Program-made: the position numbers and the translations under genes
From: Blastocladiella emersonii ATCC 22665
Lineage: Eukaryota; Fungi; Blastocladiomycota
DNA length: 64,000 bases
Reading direction: 5' to 3'
Assembly (NCBI GenBank): GCA_025594325.1
Contig: JANHCV010000015.1
Location: 558,001 to 622,000, forward strand
Notes under the pieces: model-generated
The model's database searches: none
The model's input: only the letters and a program-made list of their open reading frames with translations
What the model was told of the DNA's origin: nothing
In this document: piece after piece, positions 1 through 11,811 of the stretch
Numbering within the stretch: position 1 is the stretch's first letter
How the letters are laid out: every line of letters begins with the position of its first letter

Positions 1-1190
1 CATCTACATGGGTCCGCTGTACCTGCGCATCTACCAGTCGCGCGCCGCCGCCGCCGCCGCCGCGGGCGGCGGGAACACGGGACACATCCGGCGCGCCGCG
101 TCCGATGACCTCCTGACGCGGCTGCCCGCGCAAGCCGAGGCGGCGGCGAAAGAGGGCGGCGACCGCATGGCTAACATCAGCAACATGCCGAGCGGCGTGA
201 TCCAGGACACCAAGACGCTCTCGCACACCGGCGCGCCGCTCACGGGACCGCGGTCCGCGCTCACGGCGGTCCCCGAGTCGAGCGTACCCGACCACCGCGA
301 CGCGGTCGCCGTTGTTCCGCTCCAGTCGTCCGCGTCAGAAGCCGCCGACGAGCCGGCAGCAGGGCGACTCGTGTCGGACTCGGCCTCGCGTGTCTTCTCC
401 TCCACCACCGCGGCCGCGGCAATGGCGCAGCACGACCTCGGCGACACCGGCCGCGTCGTCACGTTCACGGTGCGTGTGCGTCGGCGTCTGCCCTTCGCGC
501 CGCTCCCGCGCGCTGAGGCCGGGTGGCTCGACGCGGCGAACCAGTGGGTCCAGACGCGCGCGCCGAAATGGAGCGCGGGGCTCGGCGCGGCGCTCGACGC
601 GTGGTTCAAGGTCGACCTGTGGTGTGTCGTCGCGGCGGCGACGCACGCGGGCGCGGGCGAGGACGACGAGGCGGTAGGGCCTGACGGCGTGATGCAGGTT
701 CATGCGCACGGGATGAAATGGGTACGTGAGCTGGCGGTGTAGGATCGGACTGGCGGCTCACTCCCGCGCGATCTGGGTGTAGGAATGCTTCTCCCTCGGC
801 GGCCCGCTGTCCGCGTTCGAGGTGTTCCCCGTCGACCCGAAGCTCGTGTCGCGGCGGACCACGAGCGGCTCTGGCAGCCACGGAGCTGCTCTCCCGCTCG
901 CCACCGCCGAAGCCCCTAAGTACGCGACGCAGCGGCGATGCTCGCCCGCCGACCCCGAGCCGCCACCACCCGCACCCGCGCCAACGGACACGAGCCCGTA
1001 CCTTGTCCTGCACGGCAAGGCGTCGCGAACGTGGCTCACGGTCCAGTTCGCGTCGCCCGAACAGCGGAGGCAGTTTGAGGCCGTGTTCCCGCCGCCGAAG
1101 CGGAAGAAGAGCGAGGGCAGCGGCGGCGGCCAGGCTGTGCAGCAGCAGCAGCAGCAGCGACAACGGGCCGAGTTCGAGTCGTTTTTTTAA
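1..1190 (+). CDS. 3' part of a hypothetical protein (exons <1-721 and 783-1190); possibly a PH-like C-terminal fold
   Basis: ORF 8..742 is open from the window edge. Intron GTACGT(722)...GTGTAG(782) joins HGMKW in frame to ECFSLGG...FPVDPK of ORF 822..1190. No family recognised. Confidence 0.6.
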
Positions 1191-1268
1191 GTGCCGGGGC
1201 GGGAATGTACACTTGGCTAGACGATACTTGCGTGTGAGAGGGTTCGCGCGTAAGGGAGGAGGAGAGAG

Positions 1269-1337
1269 ACGCGTCGCGAAAACACGTGGGCCAGACGCGT
1301 GGAGACGGGTCCGAGTGCCCGCACGTGACGCGAAAAA
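1269..1337. promoter_or_regulatory. ACGCGT (MCB-like) and CGCGAAA (SCB/E2F-like) boxes upstream of RRP46
   Basis: ACGCGTCGCGAAAA at 1269-1282, a second ACGCGT near 1295 and ACGCGAAAAA at 1328-1337. Motif match only. Confidence 0.3.
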
Positions 1338-1445
1338 GCAGACGGCTGCTCGTCGCGCTCGCGACTTCGCGGCCTTCCCCTAGCGTTGACCCTAGCGACA
1401 CGTATCTTGCAACGCATCGACTCTGTGCAACGAATCATGTCAGAC

Positions 1446-2310
1446 ATGGACTATGAAATCACGCGGCCCGACGGCCGCACGAACGGGATGCTCCGCGAGA
1501 TGAACTGCAGTCGAGTATGCCGTTGCTCCCATTGCGAGTGATCCACCGCAACAATCGCTGATGCGAGAGACCTTCTAGGGTCTCCTGCACCGCGCCGACG
1601 GGTCCGCGCAGTTCTCCGCGCACAAGACGTCGGTGCTGTGCGGCGTGTACGGGCCGACCGAGGTCAAGCTGCGCGACGAGGAGCTCGACCGCGCCACGCT
1701 CGAGGTTGTCTTCAAGCAGAACATTGGCATGGCGGGCCCGCGCGAGCGCGCCATCGAGACCACCGTGCGCAGCACCCTCGAGCCCCTCATCAAGCTCAAC
1801 CTCCACCCGCGCACCCTCATCCAGGTCACGCTCCAGACGGTCCAGGGCGACGGCTCGGTACGCTGGGCCTGCTACTACGCGAGATCGGCTGAGCTCTGAC
1901 CGCTGCTTGTAGCTCCTCGCCGCGGCGTGCAACGCGGCATGTATCGCGCTAATGGACGCCGGCGTCCCGCTGCACTCTGCGTTCGCCGCCGTGTCGCTCG
2001 CCATCACGGACAGCGGCGCCATCCTGTTCGACCCATCGCGGGAAGAGGAGGAGCTGGCGCAGTCGACGCACACGTTCGTGTTCGACGCCGACCTCGAGGG
2101 CGCGTACGCGGTCCACTCGGAGGGATCGTTCACGCAGGAGCAGGTACGCCTTATGCGCTATTTGCCCTCACGCCGTTGTGCTGACTCGATTGTTCGCCCG
2201 CGCAGTTCGAAAAATGCTACGAGAACGCGCGCCTGTCCGCCCGCGTCATCATCGACTATCACCTGAAGGTGATGAAGGCGGCGCCCGCGTCCATGCAGCA
2301 GCAGCAGTAA
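1446..2310 (+). CDS. RRP46: Exosome complex component RRP46/EXOSC5 (RNase PH fold), 4 exons: 1446-1514, 1579-1857, 1913-2143, 2206-2310
   Basis: Spliced protein MDYEITRPDGR...GLLHRADGSAQFS...VLCGVYGPTEVK...[38 protein letters not shown] matches RRP46 motifs. All introns are GT-AG and keep the frame. Confidence 0.92.
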
Positions 2311-2357
2311 CCTCTCGCACTCGCGTACAGACAGAATACACACGAAACGTTTTCCAA

Positions 2358-4512
2358 TCAATGCGGAAGACTACACACGCTGACGGGCTCCCCGCCGCCG
2401 CCGCTGCTTCGGCTGACGAGCAACCGCGACGCGGCCGTGCTCAGCGCGACCACGACTGTCGCCAACTTCTTGCTGCTCCCGCCCTTGGCCAACGACGGCG
2501 GCGGCAGATCCGTCTCCTCGACCACGTCCAGGTCCATGGTCTTGGCGCTCACGGTCCACGTCACCAGCTTCGCGCTCGTGACCGCGACCATCCTCGGGCT
2601 CGGCACCTTGGCCGCGCCGACCGCGAGCACCGGCGCGCGCGCGACCCACCACACGGCGAGCGGGGTCGACCGGTCGACGGCGAACAGCGCGACGTGGCCC
2701 GACGCGCACCCGACCGCGAACCGGCGCACTCCCACCCCGCCAAACTCGACCCACGCCATGCACGTTACCTGCACGTCGCTCCCGAGCTCGTAGTGGTCGC
2801 GCGCCTCGCGCGTACCCCCAAGCGGGCCGCCCGCGCGCACGATCCCGCGGCTCTCGCGCGCGCCCGTCCACGCGAGCACCGCGCCCGTCGCGGGGTCGAG
2901 CAGCGTCACGGGGACCGCGGTCGCGCGGACGAGCGCCGCGGGGACGTGTGGCGGGCGCCACACGAGCCGGGTCGCCGCGCCCCACACGAGTTCGAGCGGC
3001 GGGCCTGCCGTTGCCGCCCCCGGCGCCGCGGCATGTTCCCGCCGCGGAACCAGCGTCCATGTGATCATCCACCCCTGCTCGTCGACCGACAGCACCGTGT
3101 TGTCGAAGACGTGCACCGCGACGACGGCCGACTTGTGCCCGGACTCGAGCTCGTAGTGCAGCGTGAACGCGGCCGGGTCCGCGAACGCCTCGTCGGCGGC
3201 GCGCGAGAGCGTCATGAAGCTGCCCCACACCGGGTCGCGCGAGCGCGTGCGTGTGTCCCAGCAGTACACGACGCCGTCGTCGGTGCCCGCGAATGCGAGG
3301 GAGCGTGCTCCCGCGTGCGGCGCGAAGGTAAAGGTCGTCACCCGGCCCCAGCACGCGAGCACGGTTTGTGGGGAGTCGAGTTGGCGGAGCGGCGAGAGGT
3401 GGATGATCGAGCGTGCGGGTGTGGTGGGGGTGGAAGGTTGTACGAACACGAGCGCGGCGAGGTGTGGTGACCAGGCCGAGGTCACGATGGTCGCGAGTTG
3501 GTGTTCTGCGGGCGGGCAGGGCGATCAGTCAAGGGTCGCGAGGATGAGAGAGGAATCGTACCTGGCGGGACGGGGCACTGGTGGAGGACGTGCAGCCCGC
3601 TCGACACGTCCTGCACCTCGTCCTGGATGTCGTCCTCGGTCGCCTTGAGGAGCGTCTCGAAGACCTATCCGGTTGCGATCGTCAGTGGCTGGGCGCTTCG
3701 GTGAGCGAAGCGGCACGTACATCGGTCGCCTGCGTCACGAACCGCGCGAGCTTGGGCGTCCAGTCGACGGCCGCGTCCTTTTTCTTCTTGTCGCCCTTCT
3801 TCCGCTTCTTGTCGCCCCCACCCGCCAGGTTAGTCTGCGACCCGGCGAGGTTCAGTGTGGAGCCCGACCCCTTGGCGAGCGCCGCCGCCGGCGCCATCAT
3901 GACCGTGTCGTCGGGACACTGCACCTGGGTCTCGGTCATCTCGATGTCGTCGGTCTGCGCCGTGGACTCGACAAGGTCGAACCCAGTCTGCGTCTCCTGC
4001 TGCACAAACCGTGGACTCGTCGCGTTGCTCACCGACGACAGCAGCGCGAGCTCGTACGCGGACTTGGGGTTTAGGTTGAACAGGTCGAACGACACGGATT
4101 CGAGGGTCACGAGCTTGCGGATCATCTAGGAGAGGCGCTAGCGGTTGGTCGCGGTGGATGACGGATGAGTGCGGCGGTTGGAGCGTACGCTGACGCGGTA
4201 GCTTTCGACGGGTTTCGGCGCCGGCTTCGTTGCGACGGACCGCCCAAAGCCGGCGGGTGGGCGGACGGGCGCGCCGCCGACGAGGCCGCCCACGGCCCCG
4301 CCGCTCTTCGCTGGCAATGCAGCGGACCCTGGTCGCGCGGACACTGGTCGGTCCAGGGGGAACGACGGCTGCACCACGGCGACGACGGGCTTCTCGGGCT
4401 CGAGGTCGGCGTCCCGCGTATTGTCGTGGGTCTCGACCACCTCGCTGTCGCCCTCGTACTCCTCAAAGTCGTCGTCTTCATAGTCATCAAAGTCGTCCGA
4501 GTAGTCGGACAT
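2358..4512 (-). CDS. WDR60: Dynein-2 intermediate chain WDR60/DYNC2I1-like WD40 protein (multi-exon)
   Basis: Acidic N-terminus MSDYSDDFDDY. FDLFNLNPKSAYE...VQQETQTGFDLVESTAQTDDIEMTETQVQCP resembles the WDR60 light-chain-binding region. WD repeats FAGTDDGVVYCWD, GHKSAVVAV and SVDEQGWMITW follow. Confidence 0.72.
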
Positions 4513-4583
4513 GGTCACGATGCATCGAGTGGGGTGCTTGCAGGCGGGCCGGGAAGAGCCCGGTGAAAGCGGGCGAGGCGCGT

Positions 4584-4595
4584 CGCGAAACGCGT
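4584..4595. promoter_or_regulatory. Overlapping CGCGAAA/ACGCGT box in the WDR60-ZGRF1 divergent promoter
   Basis: CGCGAAACGCGT lies about 130 nt upstream of the ZGRF1-like ATG. The core GCGTCGCGAAA is the same as upstream of RRP46. Confidence 0.3.
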
Positions 4596-4723
4596 CTCGG
4601 ATCGGCTGCGTGACGGCGCACCTGACCGCGCTGGGAGTCAGAGTCGGTCTCTGTCTCGCGGGGCTCATCGCCCCTCCCTCCATCACCCCTCCGCCGCCCA
4701 TGCGATGATGTCCATGTAACTCG

Positions 4724-7700
4724 ATGCAATCATTCAAAGTCCAGTACCGCCTCACGACCCGCAAGCAGGCCCCGTACAAGGACGGCGTGCTGCGGTGGTC
4801 GCCCGACACTCGCATCGTACGCTGCGCTGACAGCTCATGCGACCCGCTGCAACCGGACTGAATGAGCGCTCTGGGGCATATCTAGGCCGAGGTGGTTGAC
4901 CTGCAGAACAAACGCATTGAGACGTACAACCGACATGCGTCCCGGTCCGCTCGCGAGGCGCCGATTGACGCTTCCAATGATCGCCTAGCATCCCCGATGT
5001 CACGCAGGACCGGCTCCTCGTACCCATGGGCGAGTTCTCGACGCGCGTCTACCACATCATGCTCGACGGCGCACAGAACGCGGCGGCGCAGGTCGAGCTG
5101 AACTGCGCTGCCGCGCGGGCGCACGCCAACGGCGCGGCGCGGTCGGTCCAGCAGCCGCCGCGGCCACCACAACCGCCGCCTCCGCAACAACAGCAGTTCC
5201 AGCAGTATCAACCGCAACCGCCTCAACATCAACCACCACCACCACCACCACCACCACCCGCTCAGCAGCACCCGCCGATGCAGCAGTACACGCACCCACC
5301 ACAGCCGATGCAGCAATACGGGCACTCTCCACCGATGCAGCAGCAGCAGCAACAGCAGAACGGCCAGTTCCACCACCCGAACCCGTTCCCGCCTCCGGCT
5401 CATCCGCCGCATCCCCACCACCAACCGCAGCCGCAGCGCGCTCAGTACGGTGGACCGCCGCCGCCGCCGCAGCAGCAGCAGCAGCAGAACGCGTTCTTCC
5501 ACCTGCACCCGCCCGTCTTCTCACCGCCGCCAGGGCAGTTCGGCGCCCCGCATCCCCCGGCGTACACGCCGCCGCAACCACCACCGTACCAGCCGCCGAC
5601 GCCCGCGCCCACCTTCGCGCCCACCTACACGCCGCCCGCTGCCGCTCCTGCACCTGCGCCGGCTGCCGCGCCGAAACCCGCCAACTCGGCGCACCGCGTC
5701 GGGCTGCGGAAACGGCCGGGTTCCTCGAGCGGTTCGGTACGCTGTTCTCCCCGTCACCGAGCTACGGACGCATGCTGACCCGAGTCCAACCTGTAGCTCC
5801 AACTCAAACGCGCACGATCCGGCTCCGCGGCACTCCCCTCCGCCTCTGCGCCCGCCGCCGCCCCCGACAAGTTCACGCCGGGCAGGTACACTGTCATGTG
5901 GACCGCGCAGAAGCAGAAGAAGCACAAGACGTGGAGCGACGGCTTCTGCGTCATGCACGGTAACGGCAAGCTCGTGCTGTATAGCGAGCCCGGGAAGCAG
6001 GAGGGTCGGTACGGCGTACCCGTCTTCTCGAGCAAGCAGGTGTCGCGTGGACTGACTCCTGTCTATCCCATGTAGCGCTTTTCAGAAGAAGCAGCCTGAG
6101 ATCGGCCAGGAGATCGACTTTGACAAGCACATTGTGCAGATCCTGGAGTTTGCGCCCGACGAGGGCACCAACCTACCTCTCGCTGCGTCCGCGTCGATTC
6201 CCGCGACTGCACCACCCGGGTTCGCTGCGCCGCCGTTCGCTGCGGCCGCGTTCCCTCCACCTTCGGGACCCGCACCAGCACCCGCTGCTCCCGCGCCCGC
6301 GCCCGCGCCCGTGAACCGCAATACCTTCCAGTCGCCAATGCAGGCCGCTCGGGCCGCCGATCCGCCGGCCCCGCCATCCGCAGCAGCCGCACCGCCTGCA
6401 CCTCGGCCGGCCTCGTTCAAACCGCCCATGGCGACGCCGCGCCCGCCCGCGCAGGTGCCGTCGCCCGCGTTGAGCCACACCGCGTCGCCCGAACTGCCGC
6501 TCCCCACGGGCTTCGTCGCCGCGAGCTCCATCTCGCCGCAGATGCACCGGGGCGCTGTCGCTCCATCTGCGGGCGCGGAGGGCCCCGACGACATGGCTGC
6601 GTTTGCGCAGATGGCCGCGCATCCTGGTTCGGGTTCCGAGGTGCAGACCGGTACGCGTCCTTCAACGACTCGATCGTCGCGCTGCCCATTCACACTTTCC
6701 CGGATGTAGGACCGCTGCATCAACCACGCGCCTCGAGTCCGTCTGGTCCCGCGCCGCTCGCCGCGGCGAACCAGCAGCGCCAGTCGTTCGCGCCGCCGGT
6801 GCGGCAACCTGTGCCCGCGGGCGCCGCCGTGCCAACACCGCGGCAACCTGCACCCGCGAGCTCCACCTCGTCCGCGGCGAACCGGCAGAAGCCGCTCGTG
6901 ACGTTCAACCCGCGCGCGCTCAAGTTCCGCGCCATCAAGTTCCCGCCGCAGCGCAGCATGCGGCTGCCGGACACGTTCCCGTCGGTGCAGCAGTACAAGA
7001 CGCTGTTCACGTCGGCGCTGTACGAGGGCGTGCAGGTGCAGGTGACAGGCGCGGCCAACGTGTACCACGAGAAGCTGCAGCGGCTGACGCGCGGCGGCAA
7101 GCAGCCCGTCGCCGACGACACGCTCCGCGCGGGGATGCGCAGCGAGGGGCTCGACATGTTCGTCGGGTGCACCTTCTCGCGGCCGTACGGGTCGCTCGGC
7201 CTCCTCGTCCACGAGCGGCTCAACTCGTCGTTCACCAAGGAGGACCTCTGGGTCGTCTCGGCCACGCCCGAGTTTGCCAACGCGCACTTTCTCCGGTCCA
7301 CGTTCTTCGGGTCGTCGGCGAATATGGTCGAGGTGTCGCCGCTCGGCCACTTCAAGCCCGACCCCAGCACCCACTACTACGCGATCCGCCTGTTCAACTG
7401 CCGCGAGCTCGCCCTCGCCGCCGTCATCGAGAGCAACATCCAGGAGATCCCGCTCATGCCCCTGCTCCTCAACTACCCCAAGTTCTCGGCGGCGACGGCG
7501 GCGACCGAGTCGCCCGCGGCGCCGTTCGCGCCGATCGGGCCGGCGCAGCTCTGGGCGCTCGTCGAGGCCACGGTCGCTGAGTTCGGGCTCAACCCCGGCC
7601 AGGCGACGGTGCTGCGGCAGTGGTCCGAGAACCTGCGCACGCGCGAGACGTCGGTCACGCTGACGCAGGGCGTGTTCGGGTCCGGCAAGTCGCACCTCGT

Positions 7701-10242
7701 CAAGACCATGGTCATCTTCTTCCACCGCGCGCTGGCGCTGCTCGGTGCCGCGTCGCGCGAGCCGCTGCCGGCCGACCTGCGCCTGCTCGTCGCGAGCGGG
7801 ACCAACGTCGCGACGGACCGGATTCTCGAGTCGCTCCTCACGGCCGGGTTCGACGAGTTTGTCCGCGTCGGCAGTGTCAAGCGCATCTCGAAGAAGGTGC
7901 TCCCGCACACGGCGGCGAACAAAAACCAGGACGACCTGCGCGACCTGCGCGAGCAGCTGGCGCGGGCGACGGACGAGCAGGAGCGGTCGTTCCTGCAGAC
8001 GGCGATTGACCGGATCGGCGCCAACCAGCTGGGCGCGGCGCGCGTGGTCGGCGTGACGTGCACGTCGACGCTGCTCGACTGCATGGACTACGAGCGGTTC
8101 GCCCTGGTGATCCTCGACGAGTGCTCGCAGCTGACCGAACCCGCGTCGCTGCTCCCGCTGCGGTTCGGCGCAAAGCACCTCGTGTGCGTCGGCGACCCGA
8201 AGCAGCTGCCGCCGACCATCGAGTCGAAAGCCGCGCACGGCGACCACCTCGAGAAGACGCTGTTCGAGCGGCTCGAGCGCGTCGGGTGCCCCGTCGCCCG
8301 CCTCCACGCGCAGTACCGGTGCCACCCGCAGATCTCGCGCATCTCGAACGCGCTGTTCTACGAGCACGCGCTCGTCGACGGCGACGCGGTGGCGCAGGCT
8401 GCCGGCGGGCTGGGCGGCCTCCCGCCCGTCGTGTTCGTCGATGTCGCCAACGGGCAGGAGCAGATCTCGCGGCGGTCGCCGTTCAACACGGCCGAGGCGC
8501 GCGAGCTCGTGCACCTGTACAACGTGCTGACGTCGCGGCACACGCACGGGCTCGGCGGGTCGACGGGCGCCAGTGGGTTCACGATCCCCGCCGAGGACGT
8601 CGGCATCATCACGCCGTACCGGTCGCAGGTCGAGCACATCCTGTCGCTCCTCTCCAACGGCGGCAGCAGCGGCGCGGGCGACGAGGAATCCAACTCGCGC
8701 ATCAAGTCGCTCGTGTCGACGGTCGACGCGTTCCAGGGCCAGGAGAAGCGCATCGTGCTCGTGTCGTGCGTGCGCACCGCCAAAATGGGCTTCTCGGACG
8801 ACGCGCGCCGCCTCAACGTGCTCCTCACCCGCGCACGCCAGCATATCGTGATTTTCGGGAACGCGGCGCTCCTCCGCGCCAACCCGCTGTGGTCCCGCGT
8901 CCTCCCGTTCTGCACCGTCGTCGGTGCCCAGGATATGCGCGCGCTCGTCCGCGGGATCGTCCCGCCGCCGCCCGAGCTCGCGCGCACGTCGTCGTCCAGC
9001 TCGTCCGATTTCGACGGCGAGGACTGGCGCATGGACGAGCCGCTGCCGCCGCCCTCGCCGCCGCACGGGTTCGCGGACGCACAGCACGATGCGCAGATCG
9101 ACGACTGGCCGCCGCCGTCACCATCGCCCGAGCCCGTGTCGCCGCCGCGTTCTGCGGTTACGGCCCCACCTCGCGTGGAACAAGCGCCTGCTCCAGTATC
9201 GCGACCACCACCCGCGCCGCAGCCGCCTCAACCGCCCGCTCCCCGCGCAACTGCACCAGCGCCAGCCCCCGCTCGCCCGGCCTCACCCTCCCGCCGCGCC
9301 CTTCCGGGTACCGTCCTCCCCGCGCGTCCGCCGCCCTCGGCCCCCTCCACCACGTCGAAGTTGTCGACGGCGCCGCGTGTCAGCTCGAGTCTGCGCGGCC
9401 GCATGTTCATGCCTTCAGACTCGGACTCGGACGAGGGCGAGGGCGAGGGCGAGGGCGAGACCGAGCCGCCCCGTCCGCCGCCGGTCCCACCGCCGCAGCT
9501 ACACCCGCCGCAGCCCCACCCGCCGCAGCCCCACCCGCCCAACATCACGAACCTCGGGATCGCCAGCAGCCTCGCGGTCGGGTCGTCCTTGGACGAGGAC
9601 GACGACTGGTGGAGCGCGCTCGCGGCGCCGGCCGTGGCGGGAACGAGTGGTGGTGCGGCATCGGGCGAGACTCTCGCGGCAGTAGCGGATCCGAGCGCGG
9701 CCGAGTCCGATGCGGGAGCGGCGACGTGGAGCGACTCGTTCGCTGCTGCTGCGGCGGCGTCCGAGCCCGTCCCCGTGTCGACTGATCACGGCGCAGCAGG
9801 CGCAGAAGTGGCGACGTGGAGCGACTCGTACTTTGCGGCGGCGGCGCAAGAACCATTTTCCCTTTCGGCAGCAGCAGCGGACGCAGCAGCGGCCGCGCCG
9901 AGCGGAGATGTGGTCTCGGCGGCCCCGGTGCCGGCACCACCGCCCGCGGCGGAGCTCAGCGAGTCGTACTGGGAGGCCATGATGGCGGACGACGACGACC
10001 TGCTGGCGTCGATCGCGGCGCGGCGGGCGGCGGCGGAGGTGCCCGAGGTTCCCACGGTCACCACCGAGGCGCCTGCACCACCACCAGAACCAGCTCCGGT
10101 CGCAGAAGCACCAGCCGCAAGAGCGACGACGGCAGCGGCAGCGGCGCTGCTCGAGGACGACGACGCCGAGTGGGCCGAGTACATGGCGGCGCTCGAGGCC
10201 GAGGCCGAGGAGAAGCGGCGGAAGCAGGGGACGGGAGCCTGA
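4724..10242 (+). CDS. ZGRF1: ZGRF1-like protein: two N-terminal DUF2439-like domains, Pro/Gln linkers, UPF1-like SF1 helicase and acidic tail (exons 4724-4816, 4886-4923, 4989-5736, 5797-6008, 6076-6650, 6710-10242)
   Basis: DUF2439-type motifs FKVQYRLTTRKQAPYKDGVL and YTVMWTAQKQKKHKTWSDGF...GQEIDFDKHIVQI. ZGRF1-type FTKEDLWVVS...STFFG. Walker A QGVFGSGKS, Walker B ILDECSQ, then GDPKQLPP, QYRCHP, TVDAFQGQEK and RRLNVLLTRAR. Confidence 0.82.
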
Positions 10243-11811
10243 CCGGAATAAAGCGGATCGATCTAGTGCACACACACGCGGGAGAGCAACCGAGGGAAGG
10301 GGAGAGGTGCGACGCAAAGAGCAACGGGGAGCAGGGGGGAGAAGGATCGGCGGGCGCGGACACGGGCGGGCACGCGGAGCGTGCGTGAGAACGGCACGTT
10401 CGGCGCGGTCACGTGGGGCGTCTCCCAGACGCGTCGGTCGTTTGCTGAAGGCAGCAAGCTGGGGCCCCCGCACCCGCGAGCTCGGGCCCACCTGGCCCTG
10501 GGAGGCAAGTGCGGGAACAAGCAAGCGGGCGAGGGGAGAGGGAAGCAAAAGAGAAAAGAAGAGTGGCGGGCCAGCACCCTGCACGGCACGGCGGCGCGCG
10601 TCTCCTCTCGGCTGCCGCTGCTGCTGCTGGCCACACTCGCCGTGCCGACCACCTCTCGCTCGCACTCGCAGGTGCACGCGCTCCCGTGCCTCCTGCGCCA
10701 CGCCTCCTCTCCCTCGGGCGCCCCGTTTGCGGCCCGCCTCCTGGCCCCCACCCCATCCCCGCCCGCACTCGACCGTTGCCTGCCTGCGCGCCTGCCGCGC
10801 TACTCTTGGATCTCGGACTCTGTCTCTCGTTGTTGCCCGAACCGCACCCGCACCCGCACCCGCGCCACACACATCCGCCCACGCCCGCGGTGTCTCTCGC
10901 TTCGGCTCGCGCGCCACCTCCCACCTCCCACCTCCCACCTCGACCACCGCCCATCGCTGCTGCCGACCACCATCTCATCGTGCACCGCCGCGGTCGTCTC
11001 CACCCCCCACCCATCCCTGCGACCCAACCCTAGATCGGAACCCGCTCGCCCAGCTGGCTCGGCGCGGCGTCTCCTCCTCCCCTCCCCCATCTCGCTCGTG
11101 ATCCTCGCTTGCTCGCCGTTTGCTGCCCATCGCCGCACGGCTCCTCGACCACGCACGCTGCCGAGGTACGCACTCCCTACTCACCTCTCGTCCACCTCCC
11201 CGCGGTTCCACTGTGGCGAAGCCGGCAGCCATGGCCAGCATGGGGCCCGCTCGCTCGCCTGCTCGCTGGTCAACACGGACGGACACGATCTCTTCGGAGA
11301 CACGCGTGTTGACCAGCGGGGAGACGCGTCCCGCTCGCTCCGCAGCGCCGGCGCCGATGCGGCCCCCTCTCCCTCTCCCTCTCCCGCCCTTCCTCTCCCG
11401 CCCGCCCTCGTCGTGATCGCCTCCTCGCCCCCGACGCGTCGCTGTCTCTCGTTGCAGCGACTTTGTCTCGCAGCGTCCACACCGGCCGTCACACCGGGCC
11501 CGCGTGCTGGCCACGGGGACGTCTCCCCCCTCCACCCTCGCGCGCGCTCGAGCGCGTCCCGTGTCGTGTCGCGTCCCCCCCCCCACCCAAGCGGGCAGCT
11601 GAGACGCGACGCGTCGCGCCGCCACGCGTCGCGCCGCCACGCGTCTCTCACGCTCTCTCCCTCGCTGCTCTCTCTCCCTCCTCCCTTCGCTCCCCTCACC
11701 TCACTCAAACCCTGTACAGTGGAAGACGACAACGATTGACTCATGCTCTCCCACCCCGACGCCGCCGCCGTCTCCTGCTGATCTCCTTCCCCCCGCCCAA
11801 GAACCGCCGCC

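Noticed and set aside
6082-9087. 1001-aa antisense ORF, and similar long antisense ORFs at 13654-16638, 41056-42915 and 49498-52089
   Set aside because: They mirror well-supported genes on the opposite strand, as is common in high-GC coding DNA.
10243-11811. Long ORFs (10307, 10381) and short tandem repeats in the pyrimidine-rich intergenic region
   Set aside because: Low-complexity translations without codon bias. More likely the promoter or 5' UTR of the 11812 gene.
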